A stretch of DNA of 64,000 nucleotides, from positions 32,001 through 96,000 of the forward strand of contig JBFWWG010000004.1 of assembly GCA_050246315.1 (NCBI GenBank). Reading direction: 5' to 3'. The notes beneath the pieces were generated by a model. It ran no database searches, had not been told where the DNA came from, and saw nothing but the letters and a program-made list of their open reading frames with translations. A program made the translations under genes and the position numbers. Below, one piece after another: positions 9,571 through 20,280 of this stretch (position 1 is the first letter of the stretch; the number at the start of each line of letters is the position of its first letter). This DNA is from Nitrospiraceae bacterium (GTDB lineage: Bacteria > Nitrospirota > Nitrospiria > Nitrospirales > Nitrospiraceae).

Positions 9571-11271
9571 CTACGACGGAGGTGTCGGCCGTATATCCCG
9601 GATTCGTAGTTGAACCTGCTCCAATCCTCCCCACCGATTGACTTCGGGCACGAAAGCCAGGTCCACTGGTTGATGGGCAGGAATTCCCCTCTCCGCCAGC
9701 GATCCCATGCGAAAGCCAATGCTGGAAAACGGAAACGAATGCCCCTGTCTGACCGTCAGTTTCAAATGGTTCTCTCCGACGACTCTCGCGTCCAGCACTT
9801 TCAGACTCCGCACGGCGAGAAGCGGCTCCGGATTTCCTTCGCCGAAGGGATTCAGGCCGTCAAGCTCCCGGATCAACTTGAGGGTGACGTCGGCTAATTG
9901 TACCTCAGCATCAAGACGCAACGTAGGGATCTGCCTCACCGCCTCATGCCGGCCGGCCAGGCCCTGAAACCGCTCGCGGAACGCCGGCAACCGTGCCTCT
10001 TGGATCGTCAGGCCGGCGGCCCCAGGATGGCCGCCGAATCCGTCAAGCAGATCACGGCAGGCGTCCAGCGCATCATAGGCGTCGAACCCCGGCACACTGC
10101 GTACGGAGCCCTTGCCGATCCCCTGATCGTTGACCGTCAGAACGACGGCGGGCCGATGGTAGCGTTCGACCAGACGCGCGGCCGCGATGCCGACCACGCC
10201 CAGGTGCCACTCCCGAGACCATTCGACAATCGCCGACAGATCCGCAGTGGACGCCAGCCTCGCCGCCAACTCAGCCACCACTCCTTCCTCGATCTGCTGG
10301 CGCTCCCGGTTGAGCCCATCGAGGCGTTGTGCCAGAGCGCGCGCCTGTTGCTCAGAATCTGTCGTCAGGAGTTCGACCCCCAGCTTCGCGTGGTCCAAAC
10401 GTCCGGAGGCATTGAGACGAGGGACGAGCTTAAAGGCCAGCGCTCCGGTATTACAGGGTCGTGTCAGCCCTGCCACCTCCTTGAGCGCGCGGATCCCCGG
10501 TCGGGTCCCCTTGTTGATCTGCGCCAGACCGCGCCGCACAAACAAGCGGTTCTCGTCCACCAGCGGAACGACATCCGCCACCGTCGAAAGCGCGACCAGA
10601 TCGTCCTGGTAAGCCAAGATATCCGGCGCCCCTCGATATTTCATCGAGTGGGCCTGTGAAACTTTGTAGGCCAAGGCGCCCGAACAAAGCGCGGGAAACG
10701 GGTACCGGGCATCTCGGCGGTGGGGATTCACAACCCCCAGGGCCGGCGGCATGGCCTGGTCCGTTCGGTGATGGTCCGTCACAATCACATCCATACCCAG
10801 CGCGTTCGCGACCGCGATTTCGCGGTGCGAAGTGGTCCCGCAATCGGACGTCACGAGCACCCTCACGCCCTGTGCATGGAGCCGCCGCACCGCGGCCTCA
10901 TTAAGCCCATAGCCTTCCTCGATTCGATGCGGGATGTAGACGCAGGGCCGAAGCCCGCAGGCCGTGAAGTAGGTCACATAGAGGCTCGTCGCCGACATCC
11001 CGTCCACGTCATAGTCGCCGTAGAAACAGACCAGCTCGCGGGCGATACGAGCCTGTTCCAGTCGGTCGATCACCGGTTCCATATCCGGCAGGAGAAACGG
11101 GTCGTGCGGAGAGACCGCATCGGCGCCCAGCCATCGAGAAGCTTCGATCTGGTTCGTGATTCCGCGCGCGAGCAGCACCGACGCGGTCACGGGCGAAATG
11201 GTCAGGGTCTGCGAAAGCCCTCTCTGACGATCCTGATCGATGGTCGGAAAAATCCAAAGTCGAGAACGCAT
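9571..11271 (-). CDS. recJ: Single-stranded-DNA-specific exonuclease RecJ
   Basis: GDYDVDG, EGYGLN, TDHH, STVADVVPL, PRLNASGRL, GGHPGAAG. Confidence 0.96.
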   Translation of the reverse strand: MRSRLWIFPTIDQDRQRGLSQTLTISPVTASVLLARGITNQIEASRWLGADAVSPHDPFLLPDMEPVIDRLEQARIARELVCFYGDYDVDGMSATSLYVTYFTACGLRPCVYIPHRIEEGYGLNEAAVRRLHAQGVRVLVTSDCGTTSHREIAVANALGMDVIVTDHHRTDQAMPPALGVVNPHRRDARYPFPALCSGALAYKVSQAHSMKYRGAPDILAYQDDLVALSTVADVVPLVDENRLFVRRGLAQINKGTRPGIRALKEVAGLTRPCNTGALAFKLVPRLNASGRLDHAKLGVELLTTDSEQQARALAQRLDGLNRERQQIEEGVVAELAARLASTADLSAIVEWSREWHLGVVGIAAARLVERYHRPAVVLTVNDQGIGKGSVRSVPGFDAYDALDACRDLLDGFGGHPGAAGLTIQEARLPAFRERFQGLAGRHEAVRQIPTLRLDAEVQLADVTLKLIRELDGLNPFGEGNPEPLLAVRSLKVLDARVVGENHLKLTVRQGHSFPFSSIGFRMGSLAERGIPAHQPVDLAFVPEVNRWGGLEQVQLRIRDIRPTPPS

Positions 11272-11499
11272 GGCCACATGAAGAGGAACGGTGCGAGGAC
11301 GATTGCGTAGGTCGTTGAACGATTGGTGCGCGAGTCTAGCGGTCCAGCCAGCCCATGTCAAATGACTCGGCGGCCGATGCGATCGACGGGTCGGCAAGCA
11401 GGCCGCTGGTTTCGAACGACAAGGTCGGAGACTGATGGGCGATGGAGAGACGAGAAGCGCGATCGGGAGTGCGGCAACGTGCGTGACTCGGGTCTCGAG

Positions 11500-11703
11500 T
11501 CACTCACCACCTTTTTGCACGTAGTTTTTCACGAACTCTTCGGCATTCTTTTCGAGCACGTCGTCGATCTCATCGACGAGCTTATCGATGTCTTCTTTCA
11601 GCTTCTTCCCGGTCTCCACGACCTTGGGATTGGCTTTGACCTCATCTTTGTCCTTCCCTTGCGGCTCTTTCCTGGTTTCCGGCCTCCGTTCCTGTTTTTC
11701 CAT
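11500..11703 (-). CDS. pup: Prokaryotic ubiquitin-like protein Pup
   Basis: C-terminus DEIDDVLEKNAEEFVKNYVQKGGE matches the Pup signature; GGGAGG RBS. Confidence 0.93.
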   Translation of the reverse strand: MEKQERRPETRKEPQGKDKDEVKANPKVVETGKKLKEDIDKLVDEIDDVLEKNAEEFVKNYVQKGGE

Positions 11704-11865
11704 GGAGCACCTCCCAGCCACAGCCAGGGACCGGCTCTGTCCCCGTGTTGAATCGTCTACCGGTCACCTTACTCTAGGGAGATTCTGCCCGTCAAGCCGC
11801 CGAAGATTCGCGGCCATTACCGTTGCCGATTCTGTCGATTCATTCGATCCGAGTGCTCCAACGCC

Positions 11866-13899
<2,034 letters not shown>

Positions 13900-14060
13900 T
13901 GTCCTGTCCTCCTGCCATGGGTGAGACGCTCCGTCTGTTCATGCCGCTCCCTATGCCTCCAGCCCATCGACAGAACGTTGCAACAGGAGTCTGCGAAGGG
14001 ACAACCACGGATGGAGCGGGTTGGATCTGCGCGGATAACTACGTGAGAAATCGAGCCATT

Positions 14061-17000
14061 TTATATGGACGGCTTTCGGGGATCAAGCCGAAAGGTGGGG
14101 GGCCGAAGGCCCCTCGGAGCCGTGGATTCTGTAAGGATACGCGCAATATCGCTCACGCGTTTTGCGCAGGAATATGCCCACCAGCCATAGGTCCCGTCTG
14201 CATTCAGCGCCGCGACCCACCGCTCTGCCGCAGCCCGTTTCACCTCTTCGAGCGGGTCGAATCCCTTGGTTTCCAGAATGAGGTGGCATGGAGACTCGGC
14301 GCTCAGTCGAATGATGAAATCCGGCACATAGTCGTGCATCTGGCCGTTGTGCAGGTAGGGAACTGCGAAGCCGAGCCCGGCATTCTTGACGAACGCCAAA
14401 ACCGCGGGATGCCGGTCGATAAAATAGGCCGACGACTGTTCCCACTGTTTGGTGTCCGCCACGACATAGTTGAGATGGCTTTTCACGACTTCCCGCACGT
14501 CGCGACTCGTCCAGAAATCCACCTCAGCCGTCGAGCCCGGACCACGTGTTGCTTCGTAGCGAGGCACTTCCGGCGCTTCCCCTTGAGACGTGTCGGGACG
14601 GATCGCCTCCAACAGCCGTTCAACGACCCAGCCGTAGTACGGGGCAAGAAAGAGATCTTTCTTATCGGCTGGGGGTCGCGCTTCTACCTTCTTATCCAGA
14701 TATAGCTGAATGATGCCGGCGAGTTGCGGAAACAATTTGTGTGTTGGAATCGTGCATTGTTTCTGAGCCACATAGTCCTGCGCCAACGTCTTCGCGAGAT
14801 CGAAGACCAGTTCCTGCATCCGCCGCTTCGCGCGAAACTCTTCAAGGTTAACTTCATCCACTCGACCAGGCCCGCCGAGTGTGAGTTTACCTTTCGTGGT
14901 GACATGAAGACCCTTGACCTCGACCTCTGGCGGGATTCGACCAGGCTCCAACACGAGCGAGGGAACACTTCGCCAATCCACCGACACCTTGTTGCGAATC
15001 GCTTGGGTGTAGCCTTCAACGCGAGGAAATCTGATCTCGAATTCCGATTTCGCCGGGATCGCATGGACATGGTACCGCTTCACGCGAGGCTGCGGCTGCC
15101 CCTGAGGATTCGCCTTGAACGGGATCACTTCAAACGGCACGCCGAACACCTTCGCGACTTCCTCCGTCAGCTTGCCATCGGCGCCGACTTCATAATTGGC
15201 CCTCCGCAATCCTCGCCCGACCACCTGCTCGCAGAGCAGCTGTGACATGAACGGTCTCAGGCCGATGATGTGCGTTACGGTGTTGCAGTCCCAGCCTTCG
15301 GTCAGCATGCCCACGCTGACGATGCAACGGACGTCGCGACCAGGCGGATGGTCCGGACGTGTAAGTTTATCGGCCAATTCCTTGAAGCCTTCCGGATAGA
15401 GAGGCCGGCCGACCCGATCGGTCGGCCAGGCCGTCTTCCCAACCGTATCGAGTGTGAATCGCATCCAGCGGACTTCGTCGTTCTTCGCCTCGCCGGAATC
15501 CGACTCGTGGACCACCTTGGAATCCACTCGGATCGTGTTCTGCCGGCCGCTATTTTTGAACCCTTCGATCTTCACCGGCGGAATCCCGGTCGGCGCCTTG
15601 TCTTCCGCCAGCCACTCGTAGAGCACCTTGGCAATCTGCGTATTCTTGCAGACCAAGATAAAAACAGGCGGCCGCGGATCATCGCGATGCGTGGCCCATT
15701 CTTCGCGATCCTTCTCCCACAGACCGCCCAGCATCGCGATGGGATGATGCGCGTACTTCAAAATGGCCTCGGGTTTGGGGTTCGCCTTCTTGCCCCCACG
15801 CTCAGCCGGAGTGAGTTGAGGAAGAATCCAGTGCCAGATGTTGAAGTAGCCGGGAATGTCACGGCCCGTCGTGTCCCGCACGGCGAGTTGGGGAATTTTC
15901 ACCAGACCGGACTCGATCGCATCGATCAACCCGAAGTCGCTCACGACCCAGGGAAACGGCCGATTGGTATCCTGGCCGACTCGACCGAGAAAGTAGGGCG
16001 TGGCAGACAGATCAAGGCAGAAGTTGATACCACGCAGTTTCTGAATCCGATCCAGGCCGTCGACCCAGACCGTCGCTTCTTTGAAGAAGTCCTCGGCCTC
16101 TTCGTCCTCGCCGAAGAGATCGCCTTCCTCCTCGTCGCTGTCTTCACGCACGATGCGATAGGCATGGTGTGCCTCGTCGTTCATGACGAGAATGTTCTGC
16201 TTCCCTCCCACTTCGCGCCCAAGAATGCGGTTGGCCAGCGCGGTATCGCTTTCCACATAACGCTTTGATTCCACCGTGACCTTCTTCAGCGTGCCGTCTT
16301 TCTCGCGCTCCTCGCCCAGTATGGTCAACAGGCCGGCGGCAACCTGTCGTTCAAGATCTTCGAGCGTGAGGTACCGAGTACCGCGCGCTGTCGTCGTCTT
16401 CGATCTGATCGTAATGGTATCCTTCGCGCGGACTTCGACCCCGGCCCTGGTCACTTTCGCCCCGACCCCGCCGGTTTGCATGGCTTGCGGCTCGAAGACA
16501 TGCCAGTTCGTCACCAGCACTCGTCCTTGCGTCAACGACGGCATCAAGTGAGAGGGAACGAGATCTCGCGTTCTGTACAGACTCGCTTCTCCAGCTTCAG
16601 GGTCCAGTTCACGGAGCCGGTTCTTGATCGTCACGTTGGGACAGACGATCAGCACCACATCGGAGAATCTGGCGTCGCTCCGGTCGTTGACCTTGTTAAG
16701 AATGCTCCAGGCGGCCAGCATCCCCATCACCGTGGTCTTGCCGGAACCGGTCGCCATCTTGCTCGCATACCGCCGAAATCCGGCAAAGCCGTCTTTCCGC
16801 TTGTCTTCGCTGAGTTCCTCTTGAGGAATCTCAATGCCCTGCCGGAAGTCGGTACGGGCCTCGGTCAGAAAAATAATTGTCTCCGCCGCATCGAGCTGGG
16901 CGAAAAAGAGCTGCTGTGCCCGTCCATCCCGCCGCCACCAGTGCAGGAGTTCGAGGGTCGTGCGCGTCACGCCGGGATAGCCCTCCAGCCGCCACTTCCT

Positions 17001-17222
17001 CACCTGCGCGCGAATGCGGTTGACCAGCTTCAGTTCGATCGCCGTGCCGACGACGCGACCGGCTTCGGTGTCCGGCTTGGCTTTCGGATCGCGATAGAAA
17101 TACATCGCCGGACGGCGACCAGGCCGCCGCTCCGGCAGCGCTCCTTCCACGATATGCCAATATTTGGTGGGTTCGTCGAACGGGGAATTGAGAATGGGTT
17201 CCGGGACTTCGTAGCCGCTCAT
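14061..17222 (-). CDS. res: Type III restriction enzyme Res subunit (SF2 helicase plus C-terminal PD-(D/E)XK nuclease; BPTD_3080-like)
   Basis: PILNSPFDEP, MATGSGKT, DEAHH, LSATP, MLTEGWD, EQVVGRGLR, YVPDFII...LETKG. Confidence 0.93.
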   Translation of the reverse strand: MSGYEVPEPILNSPFDEPTKYWHIVEGALPERRPGRRPAMYFYRDPKAKPDTEAGRVVGTAIELKLVNRIRAQVRKWRLEGYPGVTRTTLELLHWWRRDGRAQQLFFAQLDAAETIIFLTEARTDFRQGIEIPQEELSEDKRKDGFAGFRRYASKMATGSGKTTVMGMLAAWSILNKVNDRSDARFSDVVLIVCPNVTIKNRLRELDPEAGEASLYRTRDLVPSHLMPSLTQGRVLVTNWHVFEPQAMQTGGVGAKVTRAGVEVRAKDTITIRSKTTTARGTRYLTLEDLERQVAAGLLTILGEEREKDGTLKKVTVESKRYVESDTALANRILGREVGGKQNILVMNDEAHHAYRIVREDSDEEEGDLFGEDEEAEDFFKEATVWVDGLDRIQKLRGINFCLDLSATPYFLGRVGQDTNRPFPWVVSDFGLIDAIESGLVKIPQLAVRDTTGRDIPGYFNIWHWILPQLTPAERGGKKANPKPEAILKYAHHPIAMLGGLWEKDREEWATHRDDPRPPVFILVCKNTQIAKVLYEWLAEDKAPTGIPPVKIEGFKNSGRQNTIRVDSKVVHESDSGEAKNDEVRWMRFTLDTVGKTAWPTDRVGRPLYPEGFKELADKLTRPDHPPGRDVRCIVSVGMLTEGWDCNTVTHIIGLRPFMSQLLCEQVVGRGLRRANYEVGADGKLTEEVAKVFGVPFEVIPFKANPQGQPQPRVKRYHVHAIPAKSEFEIRFPRVEGYTQAIRNKVSVDWRSVPSLVLEPGRIPPEVEVKGLHVTTKGKLTLGGPGRVDEVNLEEFRAKRRMQELVFDLAKTLAQDYVAQKQCTIPTHKLFPQLAGIIQLYLDKKVEARPPADKKDLFLAPYYGWVVERLLEAIRPDTSQGEAPEVPRYEATRGPGSTAEVDFWTSRDVREVVKSHLNYVVADTKQWEQSSAYFIDRHPAVLAFVKNAGLGFAVPYLHNGQMHDYVPDFIIRLSAESPCHLILETKGFDPLEEVKRAAAERWVAALNADGTYGWWAYSCAKRVSDIARILTESTAPRGLRPPTFRLDPRKPSI

Positions 17223-17246
17223 GGTCAAAAAGAGACGGCCTCTTGC

Positions 17247-17468
17247 TTAGGCAGCATATTTGACCACGCTCAACTCAGCAGCGTCATCCGCCGCATCGAG
17301 AATCTGCTCGACGGTCGCCATGACAGCATCCTCGATGGAATATTCCGTGCAGTTTTCACAGAGCAGGACGGGAAGGTTCTTGATCACGACAATCGACTGA
17401 TCGCTCAGCTTAAACGGCAAGTCCGTCGTCGCCCGGTTCATGGACCCACCGCAGACTCGGCATCTCAT
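17247..17468 (-). CDS. YgiT-type zinc-finger protein (MqsA N-terminal-like putative antitoxin)
   Basis: MRCRVCGG...IKNLPVLLCENCTE; ATGA overlap with the upstream gene. Confidence 0.85.
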   Translation of the reverse strand: MRCRVCGGSMNRATTDLPFKLSDQSIVVIKNLPVLLCENCTEYSIEDAVMATVEQILDAADDAAELSVVKYAA

Positions 17469-17809
17469 AGGTTCTTCCTCCTGGTTCTACAATCCTGTTC
17501 CCACTCGCGAGGACTCGGACGATACACAGTCACGATCCGTACATTGTCTCCCGATACATCGGTCGCAATGTGTATGTGCGCAACCCCTTCGTCCGACCGA
17601 CACAGAACCAAATAGCTCGGCAAATATTTATCATCCGGATACGGCTCGATAATCTCGTAGGTGCCGACCGCTCGCAAAAGCGTCTCGCGGGACAGCGTAC
17701 GTCCCTTCAACCGCATCTGCACATGATAGGTCCAAAAAATCTTTCTCTCACGGACGCACCGTTGAATAAACGCGAGCGGATTGTCTGGAATGATACGCTC
17801 GCTGACCAT
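17465..17809 (-). CDS. DUF4258 family putative toxin (RelE/BrnT-like)
   Basis: IFWTYHVQMRL, IIEPYPDDKYLPSYLVL, HIHIA, IVTVYRPSPREW. Confidence 0.85.
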   Translation of the reverse strand: MVSERIIPDNPLAFIQRCVRERKIFWTYHVQMRLKGRTLSRETLLRAVGTYEIIEPYPDDKYLPSYLVLCRSDEGVAHIHIATDVSGDNVRIVTVYRPSPREWEQDCRTRRKNL

Positions 17810-17835
17810 TTAGAAACCAGGCCTTACTGGGCGCA

Positions 17836-17895
17836 TCATGCCAGTTTCTTCACCACCAGCAATTCGTTGCCCCGGTCGTCGATCACCTTCACGGC
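17836..17895 (-). pseudogene. C-terminal remnant of type III Mod methyltransferase (AVKVIDDRGNELLVVKKLA*)
   Basis: Translated by hand. Resembles the typical IAVKVIDDRGNE C-terminus of this Mod family. An in-frame TAG lies 7 codons upstream (17914-16) and there is no convincing start. Confidence 0.8.
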
Positions 17896-17993
17896 GCTGA
17901 GAGGAGAGGAAGACTATCCTCTCGAAAGTCTCCGGAGTTCAAACTCCAAGCGAGTGTGTTTCCTATTGGTCTCGCAGCTATCTGGCTCCACGA

Positions 17994-18341
17994 TTAGTAT
18001 TCGTCATACTTTCTCGAGTTTCCGTAGGCCTTGTCCACGGGATATTTGGTCTCATTCTTTTCAAGCTTTGACCGGACGGCGGAATCTAAGTCTATACCGA
18101 GATCATGGATTAGATACGAAAGCACGATCGCAACGTCTGCGACCTCATCTTGGATCCGATCCTTCAACTTGCTCGCGATCATGGTTGCAACTTCCTCGTT
18201 GGTCTTCCACTGAAAAACCTCGAGCAATTCCCCCGCTTCTATTGAAAGAGAGATAGCCAGCTCCTTAGGCCTGTGAAACTGTTCCCAGTCTCGCTTCTGC
18301 CTAAACGCAAGAAGCTCTGTGAGCAAGTCGTTGCTGATCAT
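17994..18341 (-). CDS. MazG-like nucleotide pyrophosphohydrolase (dCTP pyrophosphatase-like)
   Basis: RDWEQFHRPKELAISLSIEAGELLEVFQW, EVADV, KLEKNETKYP; GGAG RBS. Confidence 0.92.
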   Translation of the reverse strand: MISNDLLTELLAFRQKRDWEQFHRPKELAISLSIEAGELLEVFQWKTNEEVATMIASKLKDRIQDEVADVAIVLSYLIHDLGIDLDSAVRSKLEKNETKYPVDKAYGNSRKYDEY

Positions 18342-18360
18342 CAGCCTCGTCTCCTTGTGA

Positions 18361-19305
18361 CTAGCCGAGATACACGTTCTGATTGTGCCACTTGAGAAAC
18401 TGGTCTGAAGGTCGATCTCTTGGAGCCGCGGGGATCACGGCCAGTTGTCTGCCGTGCAAGGCATAATAGTCTCGACCGTTCTCATATTCTTCTTTAATTT
18501 TCCGACTAACCTCGACGTGCAGTTGCGGAGTGACAGAGATATAGCCAAGGTCGAACAGCTTGTGAAGATCAGATCTCATCAACAAGCCGTTTACTGTCAG
18601 ATTGGGGCCTGACTTCGAGAATGGCTTGATATGAGCCGCCTCCAGTGCTGGCAGAGTTCGTTCTCCTGTAACCGCACAGCGACGAACATAGGCTTCCGTG
18701 ACTAGAACTCGAAAGGCACCTTGCCCTAACCTTGCTCTGGTCAAAAATTGAGCTCCATACATTGCTTCATCTTCAGCCACCAATGGTGTTGTGTCCATCC
18801 TGACACTCTGCTGCTGAACATGAGTGACCTGAATCCGCTCCTGAATCCTAATCCATACATCTCTCCCGACCTCTTGATCGGTGTCATAAGTCTTACCTTG
18901 GACAATGCTTGACGCCCAATCCGAGGGAGCGGGAATCCAGTCTTTCCTCTCAAAGAAAAACGGATTTCCCAGGATGGTGCAACCAATCACCGGATCGTGG
19001 GTTTTTGATTTACTAGCTCTGAATCTCTCAATCCGTAAACGTAACTCCTCTAGCGACGCTGCCCCATTTTTCTCTCCAAATGCCTCCCAGGCCAACGAAA
19101 GAGGCAGGTTCGAATGCCTGATGAAGAAACCTCCTCCAGCAATGAAATTATAGGGACTGTGGAGTTTGAATAAGAATGGTGAGTCGGTCGGTATCGCTTG
19201 AAATGATCCGAATCCGCTTGGACGCCAGAAATTCACCTCTTCCGGCGATCGTGAGGATAGAAATTCAAACCATTTGTTGTCTGTTACGCCGATCCAAAAC
19301 TTCAT
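18361..19305 (-). CDS. HNH endonuclease with uncharacterised N-terminal domain
   Basis: Start MKFWIGVTD at 19305; RLGQGAFR..V..AY..RCAVTG, LEAAHIKP, NGLLMRSDLHKLFDLG, FLKWH. Confidence 0.9.
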   Translation of the reverse strand: MKFWIGVTDNKWFEFLSSRSPEEVNFWRPSGFGSFQAIPTDSPFLFKLHSPYNFIAGGGFFIRHSNLPLSLAWEAFGEKNGAASLEELRLRIERFRASKSKTHDPVIGCTILGNPFFFERKDWIPAPSDWASSIVQGKTYDTDQEVGRDVWIRIQERIQVTHVQQQSVRMDTTPLVAEDEAMYGAQFLTRARLGQGAFRVLVTEAYVRRCAVTGERTLPALEAAHIKPFSKSGPNLTVNGLLMRSDLHKLFDLGYISVTPQLHVEVSRKIKEEYENGRDYYALHGRQLAVIPAAPRDRPSDQFLKWHNQNVYLG

Positions 19306-19898
19306 GGCTTCAGCACCTGATCCGTGATCGAATGCTGGGGATCGCCGAAGAGGGCGAACATATCCTCTTGCTTGTCGGTCTTGTGCCCGGCCAGCGTTTC
19401 GATGATGGCTTTGGTGGAGAGCCGTTCGTGGATGAACAGCGGCAAGGTCGGGACATCGAACGAGAGCCGTTCGGCCTTGCCTGCCCAATTGAGAAACGGC
19501 TTACTGAGGGCTTTCAGCTTGCGTAACGTCTCGTCCGCTTCGCGGAGAAGTTTGGCTGACTCACCCTCACCCTCGCCCTCTCCCTTGAAGGGAGAGGGGA
19601 CAGGTGGGACACTCTCTCCCGCAGAGGGAGAGGAGGCCATCGAGGCTCGCAGATCGGCAATCTTGGTTTCCAGGCTGGCGATCAGTGCCTCACCCTGCTC
19701 GCGGGCGGGATTCGTGGCGTCCCAATCGAGCGCGGGCGAGAGCGACGAATCATAGCGGTAGGTCTTCGGCGGTTTCTTCTTTTTGAACTGCGCCTGCGTG
19801 CCGACCTCCGGCCGCATGAGGCTCTTGGCGTCGGGGTGCTGATAGGGCGCCGTCGCTTTGTTCTTAACAGCAGGCTTGCGTGGGGAACGTTTCGCCAC
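19302..19898 (-). pseudogene. N-terminal fragment (198 aa) of type III site-specific DNA methyltransferase (Mod)
   Basis: RPEVGTQAQF..KKPPKTYRYDSSLSPALDWD, PFLNWAGKAERLSFDVPTLPLFIHERLS, FGDP. Ends before the catalytic DPPY and FxGxG motifs. Confidence 0.8.
19563..19634 (+). repeat. REP/RPE-like palindromic repeat pair read in frame within the Mod fragment
   Basis: CCCTCACCCTCGCCCTCTCCC-TTGAA-GGGAGAGGG, plus a second hairpin CTCTCCC-GCAGA-GGGAGAG; translates as SPSAGE...PSPFKGEGEGEG. Confidence 0.75.
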
Positions 19899-19916
19899 CG
19901 AATCGCTCCAGCTTAG

Positions 19917-20117
19917 CAGGGTGTTGAAAACGTCCGCCAGCTTTGTTCTCGCATCGCTCAGAGGCTCAACGTACCGAAAAGCGTACGCTTCGCCTCCTCA
20001 CTCGCTGCGGCCGCGCTGGACGGCCTTTTTGAACACCCTGGGTGGTATTCCGACATCATCCGAGATCGCGTTGCATGGTCCTTTTCGAGAGCGCTCACCA
20101 TGTTTTTCAACAGCCTG
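19917..20117. mobile_element. MITE (201 bp) with terminal inverted repeats and TTAG target-site duplication
   Basis: Left end CAGGGTGTTGAAAA, right end TTTTCAACAGCCTG, TTAG at 19913-16 and 20118-21, internal third IR copy at 20026-40; no transposase. Confidence 0.8.
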
Positions 20118-20226
20118 TTAGAGGAAACACGTGTCGGCGGCAAAGTAAAGCAGAACCGGTTCAAAAGGTCCAGCGCTACTGCCGATCCCGGGCTTGCGGA
20201 GTGGGGAACCGGATCGAGAGTCCGGT

Positions 20227-20255
20227 TTGCGCCGATGAAACCGGTTTGTTATAGT
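20227..20255 (+). promoter_or_regulatory. Sigma70-like promoter
   Basis: TTGCGC-N17-TATAGT with extended -10 TG. Confidence 0.5.
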
Positions 20256-20280
20256 CCGCGGATCACGGAGGGAGGACTCG

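Noticed and set aside
7881..9641. 586-aa plus-strand ORF and similar long antisense ORFs (41625..43145, 22356..23738, 16476..17615)
   Set aside because: Shadow frames of well-supported opposite-strand genes in GC-rich DNA.
19306..19488. 61-codon N-terminal extension of the HNH ORF, or a programmed Mod-HNH frameshift fusion
   Set aside because: The extension overlaps the Mod fragment and reads as off-frame sequence. I saw no clear slippery site, and the ATGA overlap already explains coupling.
13900..20280. Integrase, tRNA or att sites bounding the defence islet
   Set aside because: I found no integrase, tRNA or flanking direct repeats by eye.
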